This document shows positions 49,090 through 58,692 of a DNA stretch of 64,000 nt, piece by piece. Location: IMG/VR virus record IMGVR_UViG_3300009155_000057. One strand, 5' to 3'. The stretch is from an uncultured virus (IMG/VR IMGVR_UViG_3300009155_000057). Lineage: Duplodnaviria > Heunggongvirae > Uroviricota > Caudoviricetes. Below the pieces are notes generated by a model, which saw only the letters and a program-made list of their open reading frames with translations, was not told where the DNA came from and made no database searches. The position numbers were made by a program, and so were the translations under genes. Every line of letters starts with the position of its first letter. The stretch's first letter is position 1.

Positions 49090-50397
49090 ATGCAAATTAC
49101 TGAATCACAACTTCGCAATCAGATTAGAACTCTTTTGAAAGAAGAAGTCTACGGGAAAATTGCAACCGTCTATCACGGCTCAAAGCAATCTCCAGAAAAG
49201 TTTTTGAAGATCTTCGAAACAAGCTCCAGCGAAGGTTACACATCAACTGGATGGTCTGGAGGCGCTGGCGGTGAGATGTATGGGCGCGGGTTGTATGCAG
49301 TCTGGGAACGATCAAGTCATCAAACATTTGAAGGCGTTTACGGCCCTTGGTTATACAAACTGAAAGTGAATCTTCACGGCTTCATTATCTTTAATGAAAC
49401 TGTTTGTAATCGGGTCTACAGTCGCTCCATTTCTCCGCTTGAACAATTGAAGCTACTCGGGAAAGAAAGGGAACTTAAAAAAGCCACAGAAGCAGAGATG
49501 AGCATTTTGACCAAGTTGCCACATGATGCTGAGAGTTCTAATGACGCAAGCAAATTGGCACCTTTTTTGAAAGGTCGTGTCAACGGTCTCATCTTTTTTG
49601 ATAGAGATGATGGGCCAGTTGCTGTGATTTACGATCCAGACATTGTGACGCCAATTTCTTGGATGAAACTGAATACAAGAACGAAGCCAAAGAAAGTTCA
49701 GCAACAAAAAACGCTGGGATATGAAGAAATTGAGAAAAGCTTGAAGAGATCGTCACACGCAGGAATGCAAGCTGACCCACAGCGTCTTCAAACAAAATCA
49801 CCAGACAAAACATTCATCGAGCGGGTGGTGAATGACACAAGAGTTTTCACGTCTGCGCTTTCACGTCTTACCAATGTGACAAAAGACATGATCGCCAAAA
49901 AAACTTCTAACCCTGAGATTTTGACAAAGCTTGCAAATGATGAAGATCAGGGTATCAAGATGACTGCTCTACGAAATGAGAATATACCGGTAGACGTTTT
50001 GATGAAATTTTCAAATGACAAAAACACAATCATTCGTAGTTGTGTCGCAGACAATGAAAAAACGCCTGCAGATGTTTTGATGAAGCTGGCAAACGACAAA
50101 CAAAAATGGGTCAGATCTCAAGTTGCAACAAACTATGCAGCGCCCGTTGAAGCGTTCAGAAAACTTGCAACTGATAAGTACGAATTTATTCGCCGTGGCG
50201 TTGCATCTCACTGCAGCTCTCCAGATATTCTTGACATGCTTGTGAACGATGAATATCAAATAGTAAGAAGTTATGTAGCACACAACGCAGCAACTTCTGC
50301 AGTTACGCTCCAGAAGCTTTTGAATGACGAAGATGCGGAAGTCAAAGATGAAGCAAAACGCGCAATTGAGAAACGAGGGCTAAATGCAAATTACTGA
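49090..50397 (+). CDS. leader + ADP-ribosyltransferase-like domain + HEAT/LRV repeats (paralog of 32443..34440)
   Basis: 'MQITESQLRNQIRTLLKEEVYG..ATVYHGSKQ...YGRGLY...DGPVAVIYDPD'. Confidence 0.7.
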   Translation: MQITESQLRNQIRTLLKEEVYGKIATVYHGSKQSPEKFLKIFETSSSEGYTSTGWSGGAGGEMYGRGLYAVWERSSHQTFEGVYGPWLYKLKVNLHGFIIFNETVCNRVYSRSISPLEQLKLLGKERELKKATEAEMSILTKLPHDAESSNDASKLAPFLKGRVNGLIFFDRDDGPVAVIYDPDIVTPISWMKLNTRTKPKKVQQQKTLGYEEIEKSLKRSSHAGMQADPQRLQTKSPDKTFIERVVNDTRVFTSALSRLTNVTKDMIAKKTSNPEILTKLANDEDQGIKMTALRNENIPVDVLMKFSNDKNTIIRSCVADNEKTPADVLMKLANDKQKWVRSQVATNYAAPVEAFRKLATDKYEFIRRGVASHCSSPDILDMLVNDEYQIVRSYVAHNAATSAVTLQKLLNDEDAEVKDEAKRAIEKRGLNANY

Positions 50398-51040
50398 ATC
50401 ACAACTAAGAAAAATAGTAAGAAAAGAGTTAAAAAGACTTAGCGAAATTACTGTCAATGATGGTGAAGGTAGTGCAACATCACACCCACTTCCTGCTGGG
50501 GGCGGGATACCTGACTACACCAAAGAAGTACTGTATAATGTTTGGCAGTCTAGTGCAATGGATTGGACACTTACTACAATAGGCGCCGCTACTGATTTTA
50601 TGGGACCCGCCGGTGTTGCCATATCAGTAGCAGTCGCTGGAATAGCAACTCTAAAATCATCTTTAGCTAAAGATTGGCTTGGCGCATTTTTTTCAATGAT
50701 TTCTGCCATTCCTGCTGTTGGTGATGCGACGGCTATATTAGCCAGAGCAGCTAAAGCTGGAAAAGCAGTTGGAGCTTCAGTTTTGAAAAAAATATTGCTT
50801 TTTATAACAAAGATTTCTGATAGTTGGGTTCAAAACAATCTTTTATCTTTAATGAATTCTCTTAAAGACAAAGTTCAAAATGCTCAAACACTGAATATTC
50901 AAGAAGCAGTCACGAATATTGTAAATGCTAAAAATCAATTTGCAAATTCACTACAGCAAACAATTACGCAAATTGAATCAGGGCAGCTTCAACCAGCAAC
51001 TCAACCAGCCTACCAAATCACTGGAATAGGCCGAAAATAA
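50384..51040 (+). CDS. leader-bearing protein with a hydrophobic helical hairpin
   Basis: 'MQITESQLRKIVRKELKRLSE'; 'DWLGAFFSMISAIPAVGDA'. Confidence 0.65.
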   Translation: MQITESQLRKIVRKELKRLSEITVNDGEGSATSHPLPAGGGIPDYTKEVLYNVWQSSAMDWTLTTIGAATDFMGPAGVAISVAVAGIATLKSSLAKDWLGAFFSMISAIPAVGDATAILARAAKAGKAVGASVLKKILLFITKISDSWVQNNLLSLMNSLKDKVQNAQTLNIQEAVTNIVNAKNQFANSLQQTITQIESGQLQPATQPAYQITGIGRK

Positions 51041-51090
51041 ATTTGTAAAATACCATTTGGTAGAATAAAATCCTGAAAAAGGAGCCATGC

Positions 51091-52464
51091 GTGGATCAAG
51101 TTAGAAAGATTGAAGATTTCTTTGATCTCGAGTACCGAGACTATGCAAAATATACGATTAGCAATCGAGCCATCCCAAGCGTAATTGATGGCTTTAAGCC
51201 TTCACAAAGAAAGATTGCGTTTGTTGCAAATCGCATCTTTAAATCTTCATCCGATAAAGGCCTAAAAGTATTCCAGCTTGCTGGCCGAATTGCATTTGAA
51301 GCATACTATCACCACGGAAATGGATCACTTGAATCTGCCATCATCACAATGGCACAAGATTTCAAGAACTCAATGCCAATTTTCCAGCGTGAAGGCCAGT
51401 TTGGAAGCCTCAGATGTCCAGTCCCTGGAGCTGCTCGTTACATTGGTGTAAAGTTTAATGAAAACTTTAGACTTTTGTACAAAGACTTTGATCTTTGCAC
51501 TCCTTGCTACGAGGAAGGCGTAGAGATTGAGCCTGAATTCTTTTTGCCAATCATCCCAACTGTTCTTCTCAATGGTGGGTCTGGCATCGCCGTTGGTTTT
51601 GCAACGAACATCATGAATCGACATCCGCTTGATCTCATTGATGCTTGTATGGATGTTCTTGACGAAAAGCCAATTCGTGAGCTTCGTCCTTGGATCAATG
51701 GGTTCACTGGTGATTTTATTCGCAGCGACGAAAATAAGAAGTCGTGGTCTATTGTTGGACGCTGTGCAATTAAAAACTCCACTGTTATTGAAGTGACGGA
51801 AATTCCTCCTTCATACACATATGAAAAATATGAAAAGCATCTTGAGTCCCTTGTTGAAAAGGGAATTATATCGAGCTATGATAATCACAGCTCTGGTAAT
51901 ATTCATTATGTTTTGAAGTTTCCTCGTGCCACGCTTGCCGAGCTTCAAAATAAAGACCCAAGTGGATCAAAGATTTCTCAGCTACTGAAGCTTGTAGAAT
52001 CAGACACTGAGAACATCACAACTCTTGATGAAAATGGAAATTTGCTTGTCTTCAATTCAGCTGAAGAGGTTGTTTCATATTTTGTCAATTTCCGACTTGG
52101 GTACTACGAAAAGAGAAAAACTCATCTTCTAAATTCTTTGGAGCGTGAGCAGGCACAATTGAGTGCTCGAGCAAGATTTATTAAGGCAATCATTGACTTT
52201 GAAATCAAGGTTGCAAATGTCAAAAAGGCTGAAATTGTTGCCGGCATTGAAAAACTTGATCTCCAAAAGCAAGACGGCAATTACGACTATTTGCTTTCCA
52301 TGCCTATTCATACTCTTACACTTGAAAAGTATGAAGAGCTTCTAAAGAAGCTTGATGAAGTCAAGAAAGAAATTGATAAGGTGACAAAGACCAAGCCAAT
52401 TGATTTTTATCAACGTGATCTAAAAGAGTTGCGGAAACACATTGAAAAATCTCAGCCTCAGTAA
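51091..52464 (+). CDS. type IIA DNA topoisomerase, cleavage subunit (T4 gp52-like)
   Basis: 'RAIPSVIDGFKPSQRK', 'YHHG', 'GQFGS', catalytic 'AARY', 'GIAVGFAT'. Confidence 0.95.
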   Translation: MDQVRKIEDFFDLEYRDYAKYTISNRAIPSVIDGFKPSQRKIAFVANRIFKSSSDKGLKVFQLAGRIAFEAYYHHGNGSLESAIITMAQDFKNSMPIFQREGQFGSLRCPVPGAARYIGVKFNENFRLLYKDFDLCTPCYEEGVEIEPEFFLPIIPTVLLNGGSGIAVGFATNIMNRHPLDLIDACMDVLDEKPIRELRPWINGFTGDFIRSDENKKSWSIVGRCAIKNSTVIEVTEIPPSYTYEKYEKHLESLVEKGIISSYDNHSSGNIHYVLKFPRATLAELQNKDPSGSKISQLLKLVESDTENITTLDENGNLLVFNSAEEVVSYFVNFRLGYYEKRKTHLLNSLEREQAQLSARARFIKAIIDFEIKVANVKKAEIVAGIEKLDLQKQDGNYDYLLSMPIHTLTLEKYEELLKKLDEVKKEIDKVTKTKPIDFYQRDLKELRKHIEKSQPQ

Positions 52465-52475
52465 TAGTTAGCTCT

Positions 52476-53102
52476 ATGCAAGAGGCAGTAGATCTAAAAA
52501 TGAAGATTGATAGCATCAAGACACCTGATGATCTTTTTGGTCCAATGAAGGCTCTTGGATACACAGTTTTTGATGGACCAGAGAAATGGGACCTTAATAT
52601 CATTGGAGTTCGTCATCCTGGTGGCTCAACAAACACATTCAATGATAGAATGTTTGTTGTTGCACGTGATGATTCAGGAATAATGAGAATTTTGGGATCA
52701 TGGGAAATCACAACTGACCCAGGTGATGCTCATCTTTTAAACCCTGAAAATAGAATGGGAACAGCTTGTCTTGTTCCAGGACAGTATCGTGGCGCTTATC
52801 GTTATGGACTTCATAAGGGCAAACCTGCGCTTGTCCAAGTAAAAGAAGTCAAAGTATATCGTGATAACGACAAGAACAAGATTCACTCAATGGACCCTCA
52901 CTCAATCACTGAAGGAGTCTATGGCATTAACATTCACCGTGCCGGTCCAGACTCACAGAGAGTTGATCTATGGAGTGCTGGATGTCAGGTCTTCAAAAGA
53001 GCGGCTGACATTGAGACTTTTTTAAAGATTTGCGAAAAGCAGTCAAAAGAGCATCCAGGATGGGATCTTTACACATACACATTGCTCTTGGCTGATGAGT
53101 GA
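52476..53102 (+). CDS. putative endolysin / L,D-transpeptidase-fold peptidoglycan enzyme
   Basis: 'GINIHRAG........WSAGCQV' His/Cys motif; AATAGTTA 5 nt upstream. Confidence 0.6.
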   Translation: MQEAVDLKMKIDSIKTPDDLFGPMKALGYTVFDGPEKWDLNIIGVRHPGGSTNTFNDRMFVVARDDSGIMRILGSWEITTDPGDAHLLNPENRMGTACLVPGQYRGAYRYGLHKGKPALVQVKEVKVYRDNDKNKIHSMDPHSITEGVYGINIHRAGPDSQRVDLWSAGCQVFKRAADIETFLKICEKQSKEHPGWDLYTYTLLLADE

Positions 53103-53108
53103 TATAAA

Positions 53109-54194
53109 ATGGGAAACAAAATGAATATTTCTAAATTTAAAATGATTCTAAAAGAAGAGGTTGTAAGATCTTTGCTTGAGGCTCCAGTGGCGGCGCCGCC
53201 ACTTGCCATTCCAAGTCCAGTTGCTGAAATTGATGCTGAGTCACTTGCGATGCAAGTCCAGTTGAAAAATGAAAAACCTCTTCCAGAAAATTTTGAAGGT
53301 GCTTCGACACGTGCTATTGAATTGCATGATTTCATTAGAAAAGGCAGGTTGATGGCTGTTCCAGCCGGAAATGGAAGTGCAATAAAAACATCTACATTAA
53401 ATTCATCACTTAGTGTAGGAGCTAATATAAAGGAATTTTGGAATGCACGCTACATCGTGCTTAATCAATATGCCGTCTCAGGGCGATCTACAAAAGGATT
53501 GCTAAGCACACTTGGTTTAAGCGTTACACCACAGTTACAAGATTTCCTTGACAAAGGAAATCTAAGTGTTGTTTCTCAACAAATCTGGTCGCAAATAAAA
53601 ACAATGACTAAGCAACTAACAGATGTTGAACGTGGAGCAGCATTAGTTAATTTGCTAACCCTTTTAGGGTATCAAAAAGATTCTTTTATTAAGAACCCAA
53701 CATTTGGGACTTTGGGCGGAAGTCTTTACACAAGTTATACTATTGACATAGCAAACATTTCCAGGGTTCCTTTGGCTAATATCATCAATATTCCAAAAAA
53801 TATGGTTGCTGATGCTGGTCAAAATCAAACATCTACTCCAGCAACTCCCTCACCGGTACCTGTTCCAACTCAACCACAGCAATCAGCTGATCCAAGTTCT
53901 AAAAATTCTAGTGCAACTAATTGGGATCAATATGTAAAAATGACTCCTGGTGGTGCGGCTGTGAAGTCAGCGTGGGAAGCTTATGCAGCAACAGGAAGGG
54001 TTAAGCCAGATTATTACTCGTTTGTGGCATGGTACAAAAAGTCAAAGACCGCCGCCGGCCCAAAGTGGATGGATGATCCTGGCACTGTTGCTCGCTTGCT
54101 CCAAGCAAAGGCAAATTTGTTTGGTACACCTTTCGCCGCTCCATCACCTTCAATAACTCCTGGTCAAGCTACCGCACAAGCTCCAAAACCTTGA
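53109..54194 (+). CDS. leader-bearing hypothetical protein
   Basis: 'ISKFKMILKEEVVRSLLE'. Confidence 0.6.
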   Translation: MGNKMNISKFKMILKEEVVRSLLEAPVAAPPLAIPSPVAEIDAESLAMQVQLKNEKPLPENFEGASTRAIELHDFIRKGRLMAVPAGNGSAIKTSTLNSSLSVGANIKEFWNARYIVLNQYAVSGRSTKGLLSTLGLSVTPQLQDFLDKGNLSVVSQQIWSQIKTMTKQLTDVERGAALVNLLTLLGYQKDSFIKNPTFGTLGGSLYTSYTIDIANISRVPLANIINIPKNMVADAGQNQTSTPATPSPVPVPTQPQQSADPSSKNSSATNWDQYVKMTPGGAAVKSAWEAYAATGRVKPDYYSFVAWYKKSKTAAGPKWMDDPGTVARLLQAKANLFGTPFAAPSPSITPGQATAQAPKP

Positions 54195-54229
54195 TTAAGT
54201 AATACTTAAGCGTAAGTTAAGAGGAAAAG

Positions 54230-54487
54230 ATGCCCTATTCTGTTAAAAAGCAAAAGTGTAAGCAGGCTGATGGAGATGCAGGCTCCTATGTCATGAGTTA
54301 TACTGATGATAAAGGTAAAAAGCATCGTAATTGTCATTCTTCAAAAAAGAAAGCTCATGCACAAATTAGTGCCATTGAAATGGATGAAGGATGGCGCCCT
54401 CTAGCCGTAAAGATAACGGAAATGCTTGAAGAAGAGCTTGCTGAACTTGCAGGCGGGATACTAAATCAGACATCCGAAAATCTTTAA
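54230..54487 (+). CDS. hypothetical protein
   Basis: 'MPYSVKK..C...CHSSKKKAHAQISAIE'; AATACTTA at 54201. Confidence 0.6.
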   Translation: MPYSVKKQKCKQADGDAGSYVMSYTDDKGKKHRNCHSSKKKAHAQISAIEMDEGWRPLAVKITEMLEEELAELAGGILNQTSENL

Positions 54488-54537
54488 ATTTTACAAACGC
54501 TAACATTCAATTCCTCCTTTTAGAAATATTTACCCAT

Positions 54538-54876
54538 ATGATGAGTCATCCTCATCTAAAAGGAGGTTCGATGTCTGAAGATTGGTTACCACAATTGATA
54601 AATGGAATCAGCGGGCCGGCGTCGGGCGTTGTCATTGCAGTCGCGTGCCTGGGTGGGTTTGGGTGGTTCCTTGTGAAGCACTTGCTTCCAAGTCATGAGC
54701 GCCAAATTGACAAAATGTTGGTTTCACATAGTGAGGATAGAGTTGTATTTAAGCAGTCTCTTACTGAATTAACTGGTGAAATGAAGTCAATATCATCAAA
54801 AGTTGAAACAATCGATAGAAAGATTGATGCAATTGAAGATGACGTAAAAGACCTAAGAAACAAGACGTCTGTTTAA
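54538..54876 (+). CDS. membrane protein with a C-terminal coiled coil (holin-like); may start at 54571
   Basis: Single TM segment; AAAGGAGGT SD before the later ATG. Confidence 0.55.
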   Translation: MMSHPHLKGGSMSEDWLPQLINGISGPASGVVIAVACLGGFGWFLVKHLLPSHERQIDKMLVSHSEDRVVFKQSLTELTGEMKSISSKVETIDRKIDAIEDDVKDLRNKTSV

Positions 54877-54905
54877 TCAAAAGATTAACCAGTTAAAATT
54901 GGGGG

Positions 54906-55127
54906 ATGGAAGAAATATTTAATGGGCTTCTGGTAGGAGATCTTGTTGAGCTAATACCAGTTGCATCATCTCGTAAAAAAATGAAAGATCGAATAAACCC
55001 GGTTGGGATTATTGTTGACATTGATCCGTCGACACAAAATTTGCCTTGTGATGATACCCGCTATTTTGTGTTGGTCGACGGTAAGATTTTTCGTAAAATT
55101 GGCCGACGCCTAAAAAAAATCAACTAG
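54906..55127 (+). CDS. small hypothetical (SH3-like) protein
   Basis: 'VGDLVEL...GIIVD...YFVLVDG'. Confidence 0.5.
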   Translation: MEEIFNGLLVGDLVELIPVASSRKKMKDRINPVGIIVDIDPSTQNLPCDDTRYFVLVDGKIFRKIGRRLKKIN

Positions 55128-55182
55128 CGGCAGGTATGCAACCTGCGCCACCTGCATGTTATAATAAGTGAAAGGAGAAAAA

Positions 55183-55365
55183 ATGAGTCAAGTTGTGCTG
55201 GAACGTTTGGCGAATCTTGCTTCTAACGATCTTCCGCCTGATGCATCTGCTGAGCAGATCATTGCGTGGACAATGAATTTTCTTTCTGACGCTGGAGCCA
55301 GTGAAGTGTTGTTCCACGTTGAAAATTCTCTTTTTAAAGAGGGTGACACCCATGAGCGTGATTGA
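55183..55365 (+). CDS. hypothetical protein
   Basis: AAAGGAG SD; promoter copy at 55136. Confidence 0.55.
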   Translation: MSQVVLERLANLASNDLPPDASAEQIIAWTMNFLSDAGASEVLFHVENSLFKEGDTHERD

Positions 55366-56665
55366 TATTCTCGAAAAGATTGAATCTGACGGATCCCGCC
55401 TGTTTAAGGAAAGGGTTTTGTCTGAGAATGTGAACAACAAAATTCTTCACCGCTTTCTTGTTATGGCATTTGATCCCTGGAAGAACTGGGGGATTTCAAA
55501 ATATGACAGTGTGAATTGTAGCGTCAAAGTCGGTCATTCCGACGATGCTCTTGTCAAATTCATGGATCTTTTGGATGCTCTTGCTCGTCGCGAAATGACT
55601 GGATCTAAGGCCCGCGGAGCGGTCGAAGGTGCAATTTCAACCTTTGATGAAGTGGGAAAAAAGTGGTGTGATCGTCTTGTTGGTAGAAATCTTCGCTGTG
55701 GAGTTTCTGCAACGACAATCAACAAAATTTGGCCCAATTCTATCGTTCCATTTGCAGTTTCTCTTGCAGAAACTTTGGAAACTACTGTCTCCACTGACGG
55801 AAGTTTCAAAATTGGCGAGCAGATCAATTATCCCGTTCGGGTTGAGGCAAAACTTGATGGCCTTCGTATGGTGGCAGTGAAGCACGCCGGACAGGTCACA
55901 ATTTATACCCGAAATGGGACGGTTCTTGAAACTCTTCCCAAAATTAGCGAAGCGATTGTTGCCCTTCCAGCCGACAATTTCGTTCTTGACGGCGAGGCAA
56001 TGGGTCAAGACTGGAACGAATCTGCATCTGTTATGATGTCTTCAAAGTCAAAGAAAGATGACTCGCAGATGCTCTATCATGTATTTGATTGTGTTCCTTA
56101 CGAAGACTGGATTTCCCAGAAGACAAATCTTGATTACCATCAGCGCCTTGTCAATCTTTATTCGACAATCAAGGATGTAACAAATTCTCGTTTTCGCTAT
56201 GTAAAATCAATCATTGCTCGCAATGAAAACGAACTTCGTGATTTTTATACCATCTGCCTTAATGAAGGTTATGAAGGTGTAATGCTTAAGGATATGAAGA
56301 AGACTTACCAATGGAAGCGCTCTTCTGCAATTCTTAAGCTGAAGCCTGTTGCAACTGATGAAGGTGTTATTGTTGGTTGGCATGAGGCGGGAAAGTTTAC
56401 AAAGCGTGCTGGACAATTTGGCGGATTTAATGTTCTGCTTCCAAACGGTGTCATCACTCGAGTTGGTGGCGGATATTCTGATAAGTTGAAAGATGAAATC
56501 AACAAGAATCCCGATTCTTACATTGGAAAGATTGCAGAATGTGAGCACCAGCCTCCTATTCTGGCCAGTGGAGCATTGCGCTTTCCTGTTTTTACCAGGT
56601 TTAGAAATGAATCTGATGTTGATCCCAAGATTTTGCACGCCTATGAAAATTACAAAAAGTCCTAA
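55352..56665 (+). CDS. lig: ATP-dependent DNA ligase
   Basis: 'EAKLDGLR', 'LDGEA', 'VFD', 'EGVMLK', 'LKLKP', 'LRFPVF..FR'. Confidence 0.93.
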   Translation: MSVIDILEKIESDGSRLFKERVLSENVNNKILHRFLVMAFDPWKNWGISKYDSVNCSVKVGHSDDALVKFMDLLDALARREMTGSKARGAVEGAISTFDEVGKKWCDRLVGRNLRCGVSATTINKIWPNSIVPFAVSLAETLETTVSTDGSFKIGEQINYPVRVEAKLDGLRMVAVKHAGQVTIYTRNGTVLETLPKISEAIVALPADNFVLDGEAMGQDWNESASVMMSSKSKKDDSQMLYHVFDCVPYEDWISQKTNLDYHQRLVNLYSTIKDVTNSRFRYVKSIIARNENELRDFYTICLNEGYEGVMLKDMKKTYQWKRSSAILKLKPVATDEGVIVGWHEAGKFTKRAGQFGGFNVLLPNGVITRVGGGYSDKLKDEINKNPDSYIGKIAECEHQPPILASGALRFPVFTRFRNESDVDPKILHAYENYKKS

Positions 56666-56900
56666 ACGAACGCCTGACCCGGGTGATTTGTGCATCACGA
56701 AAAAAAAATGTATTTTTGGATTAATTAGTGATACAGGCACCTCCACCCAATATATTGAATCAGAAAAATTTGTTCTGGTTCTCGGTGCTTACCTTGTTGC
56801 TAAATCATCATATGTTATGTTCGATGGAGAAATTGGGTGGCTGTTCAACTCAGAAATGAGTGTTGTTCAAGAAGCTAAAAGCTTTAAGGAGAAAAAGTGA
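56643..56900 (+). CDS. hypothetical protein
   Basis: Fills the gap between the ligase and the next gene. Confidence 0.45.
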   Translation: MKITKSPKRTPDPGDLCITKKKCIFGLISDTGTSTQYIESEKFVLVLGAYLVAKSSYVMFDGEIGWLFNSEMSVVQEAKSFKEKK

Positions 56901-57295
56901 AAGGACGCGTGATTTTCCAAAAGTGGATTTCCAGAAGTGACCTGATGGACAATCCTGACAAGCTTTATGTATTTGGTGACAACCATAAAAGGTATGGCCT
57001 TGGAGGACAAGCAAAGGAAATGAGAGGCGAGCCCAATGCCTTTGGTATTCCTACCAAATGGGCTCCCTGGATGTCTGACGACGCCTACTTCTCAGACGCA
57101 CAATATGATATTGTTGCCAAAATTTTTGATTTTCATTTCAAAAAATTGAAGAGCCATATTGAAAATGGCACCTCTGTTGTCATCCCTACTGACGGCCTGG
57201 GAATGGGTCTTTCCCAGCTTCCACAGCGAGCTCCAAAAATCAATGAGCTCCTTCAAAATTTGATTTCTGAACTTAAGGAATTTGCAAATGAGTAA
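56897..57295 (+). CDS. conserved phage hypothetical protein
   Basis: 'YVFGDN...G.GGQA..MR.EPNAFGIPTK....F.D....G.G..QL..RAP'. Confidence 0.65.
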   Translation: MKGRVIFQKWISRSDLMDNPDKLYVFGDNHKRYGLGGQAKEMRGEPNAFGIPTKWAPWMSDDAYFSDAQYDIVAKIFDFHFKKLKSHIENGTSVVIPTDGLGMGLSQLPQRAPKINELLQNLISELKEFANE

Positions 57296-57845
57296 TAAGC
57301 GCTATAGTGTGATTTACGCTGACCCTCCTTGGGATTACAAAGGCCAAACTCAGCATAGAAAGAATGGAAAACCATCTGGTGGAGCCATCACTCATTATCC
57401 AACAATGAAATTGGACGCACTGAAAAAGCTTGATGTTCAATCTCTTGCTGATGATAATTGCTTGCTGTTTATGTGGGCAACTTCTCCTCACCTTGACCAA
57501 GCAATTGAGTTGATGAATGCCTGGGGATTTAAGTACGCTACGATTGCCTTTGTCTGGGACAAGATGAAGACAAACCCTGGCTTTTATACTCTTTCAGAAT
57601 TTGAAATTTGTATCGTCGGTAAAAAGGGAAAAATCCCTAAACCTCGTGGATTGCGTAACGTTCGTCAACGAATTGTTGAGAAGCGAACTGCTCACTCAGC
57701 AAAACCTGCCGAGGCCCGCAATCGTATTGATTTGATGTTCCCAACTCAGCAAAAGATTGAGCTATTTGCTCGGTCAATCCCCCCAGGATGGGATGCCTGG
57801 GGTAATCAGATTAATTCAACAATTCAAATTGGTACATTGCCTTAA
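57288..57845 (+). CDS. MT-A70 family N6-adenine methyltransferase
   Basis: 'IYADPPW', 'HYPTM', 'LFMW', 'WGFKY', 'HSAKP', 'ELFAR...GWDAWGNQ'. Confidence 0.9.
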   Translation: MSNKRYSVIYADPPWDYKGQTQHRKNGKPSGGAITHYPTMKLDALKKLDVQSLADDNCLLFMWATSPHLDQAIELMNAWGFKYATIAFVWDKMKTNPGFYTLSEFEICIVGKKGKIPKPRGLRNVRQRIVEKRTAHSAKPAEARNRIDLMFPTQQKIELFARSIPPGWDAWGNQINSTIQIGTLP

Positions 57846-57998
57846 CGTGCCAGCTATGACACAGTTATGATATCAATCAACAAAATGATCCTGTGTTGCT
57901 CTTATACTTTCCAAAAAAATTAACCTGAACCTGTGCAACCGGCCCCGCCATGTGGTAGAATGTGGAGGTAAGCCGGACCAAAAAGACCGGCGGAGGAA

Positions 57999-58595
57999 AT
58001 GATGGAAATCAATATCGCAACCAAGCTTGCAAATGATATTCGTAATTCTCTTCGTGGAGTCTCCCGCGCTGAAGTTGCAGGTTCTGTTCGACGCCAAAAG
58101 CAAAACGTCAAAGACATTGAGATTGTTGCAATGGTGAGCGATTGGGATGAGCTTTTTAGTTCTCTTGCTCCTCATGGTACATTCATCAAGCCTGGTGTTC
58201 CTGATGTCATTCCTTGGCCTCCAAAGCGTGACTCAAAGTACATTCGGATGCTTCTCAATGACGGTTTGAATCTTGACTTTTTCATTGCTAGCCCTGAGAA
58301 TTGGGGTGGCCTCTTCATGATGCGAACTGGCTCTGGTGCGGGTCCTGACGGCAATCCGTTCAATGGATTTACTCCGGGTATGTTCATGCGTTGGAAGCAA
58401 GTTTCAAATGGCGGAAAGATGACCGGGTGTATGCCAACCCTTCCTGACGGTCATCGGGTCATCATTCGAGAGGAGGAGGACTTTTTCCGTCTTCTTGGAG
58501 TCAAGTGGGTTTCGGCCCCTGAGCGAATCGCTCGCTCTTCTATTAAGAAGATTCCTGGATACGTCCTTGATATCTCTCTTTGGGAAACGGTCTGA
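57999..58595 (+). CDS. polX: minimal family X DNA polymerase (palm+thumb)
   Basis: 'AGSVRR.K..VKDIEIV', 'LDFF', 'RTGS', 'EEDFF..LGVKWV..PER'; promoter copy at 57933. Confidence 0.8.
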   Translation: MMEINIATKLANDIRNSLRGVSRAEVAGSVRRQKQNVKDIEIVAMVSDWDELFSSLAPHGTFIKPGVPDVIPWPPKRDSKYIRMLLNDGLNLDFFIASPENWGGLFMMRTGSGAGPDGNPFNGFTPGMFMRWKQVSNGGKMTGCMPTLPDGHRVIIREEEDFFRLLGVKWVSAPERIARSSIKKIPGYVLDISLWETV

Positions 58596-58692
58596 GACAC
58601 TGGAAAAATTCGACGGTACCTGTGCAAACAGGCCTGCCACATGGTATAGTTACAAAACCGGTGGAAAAAATACTACTAAAAAAGGAGCTAAA

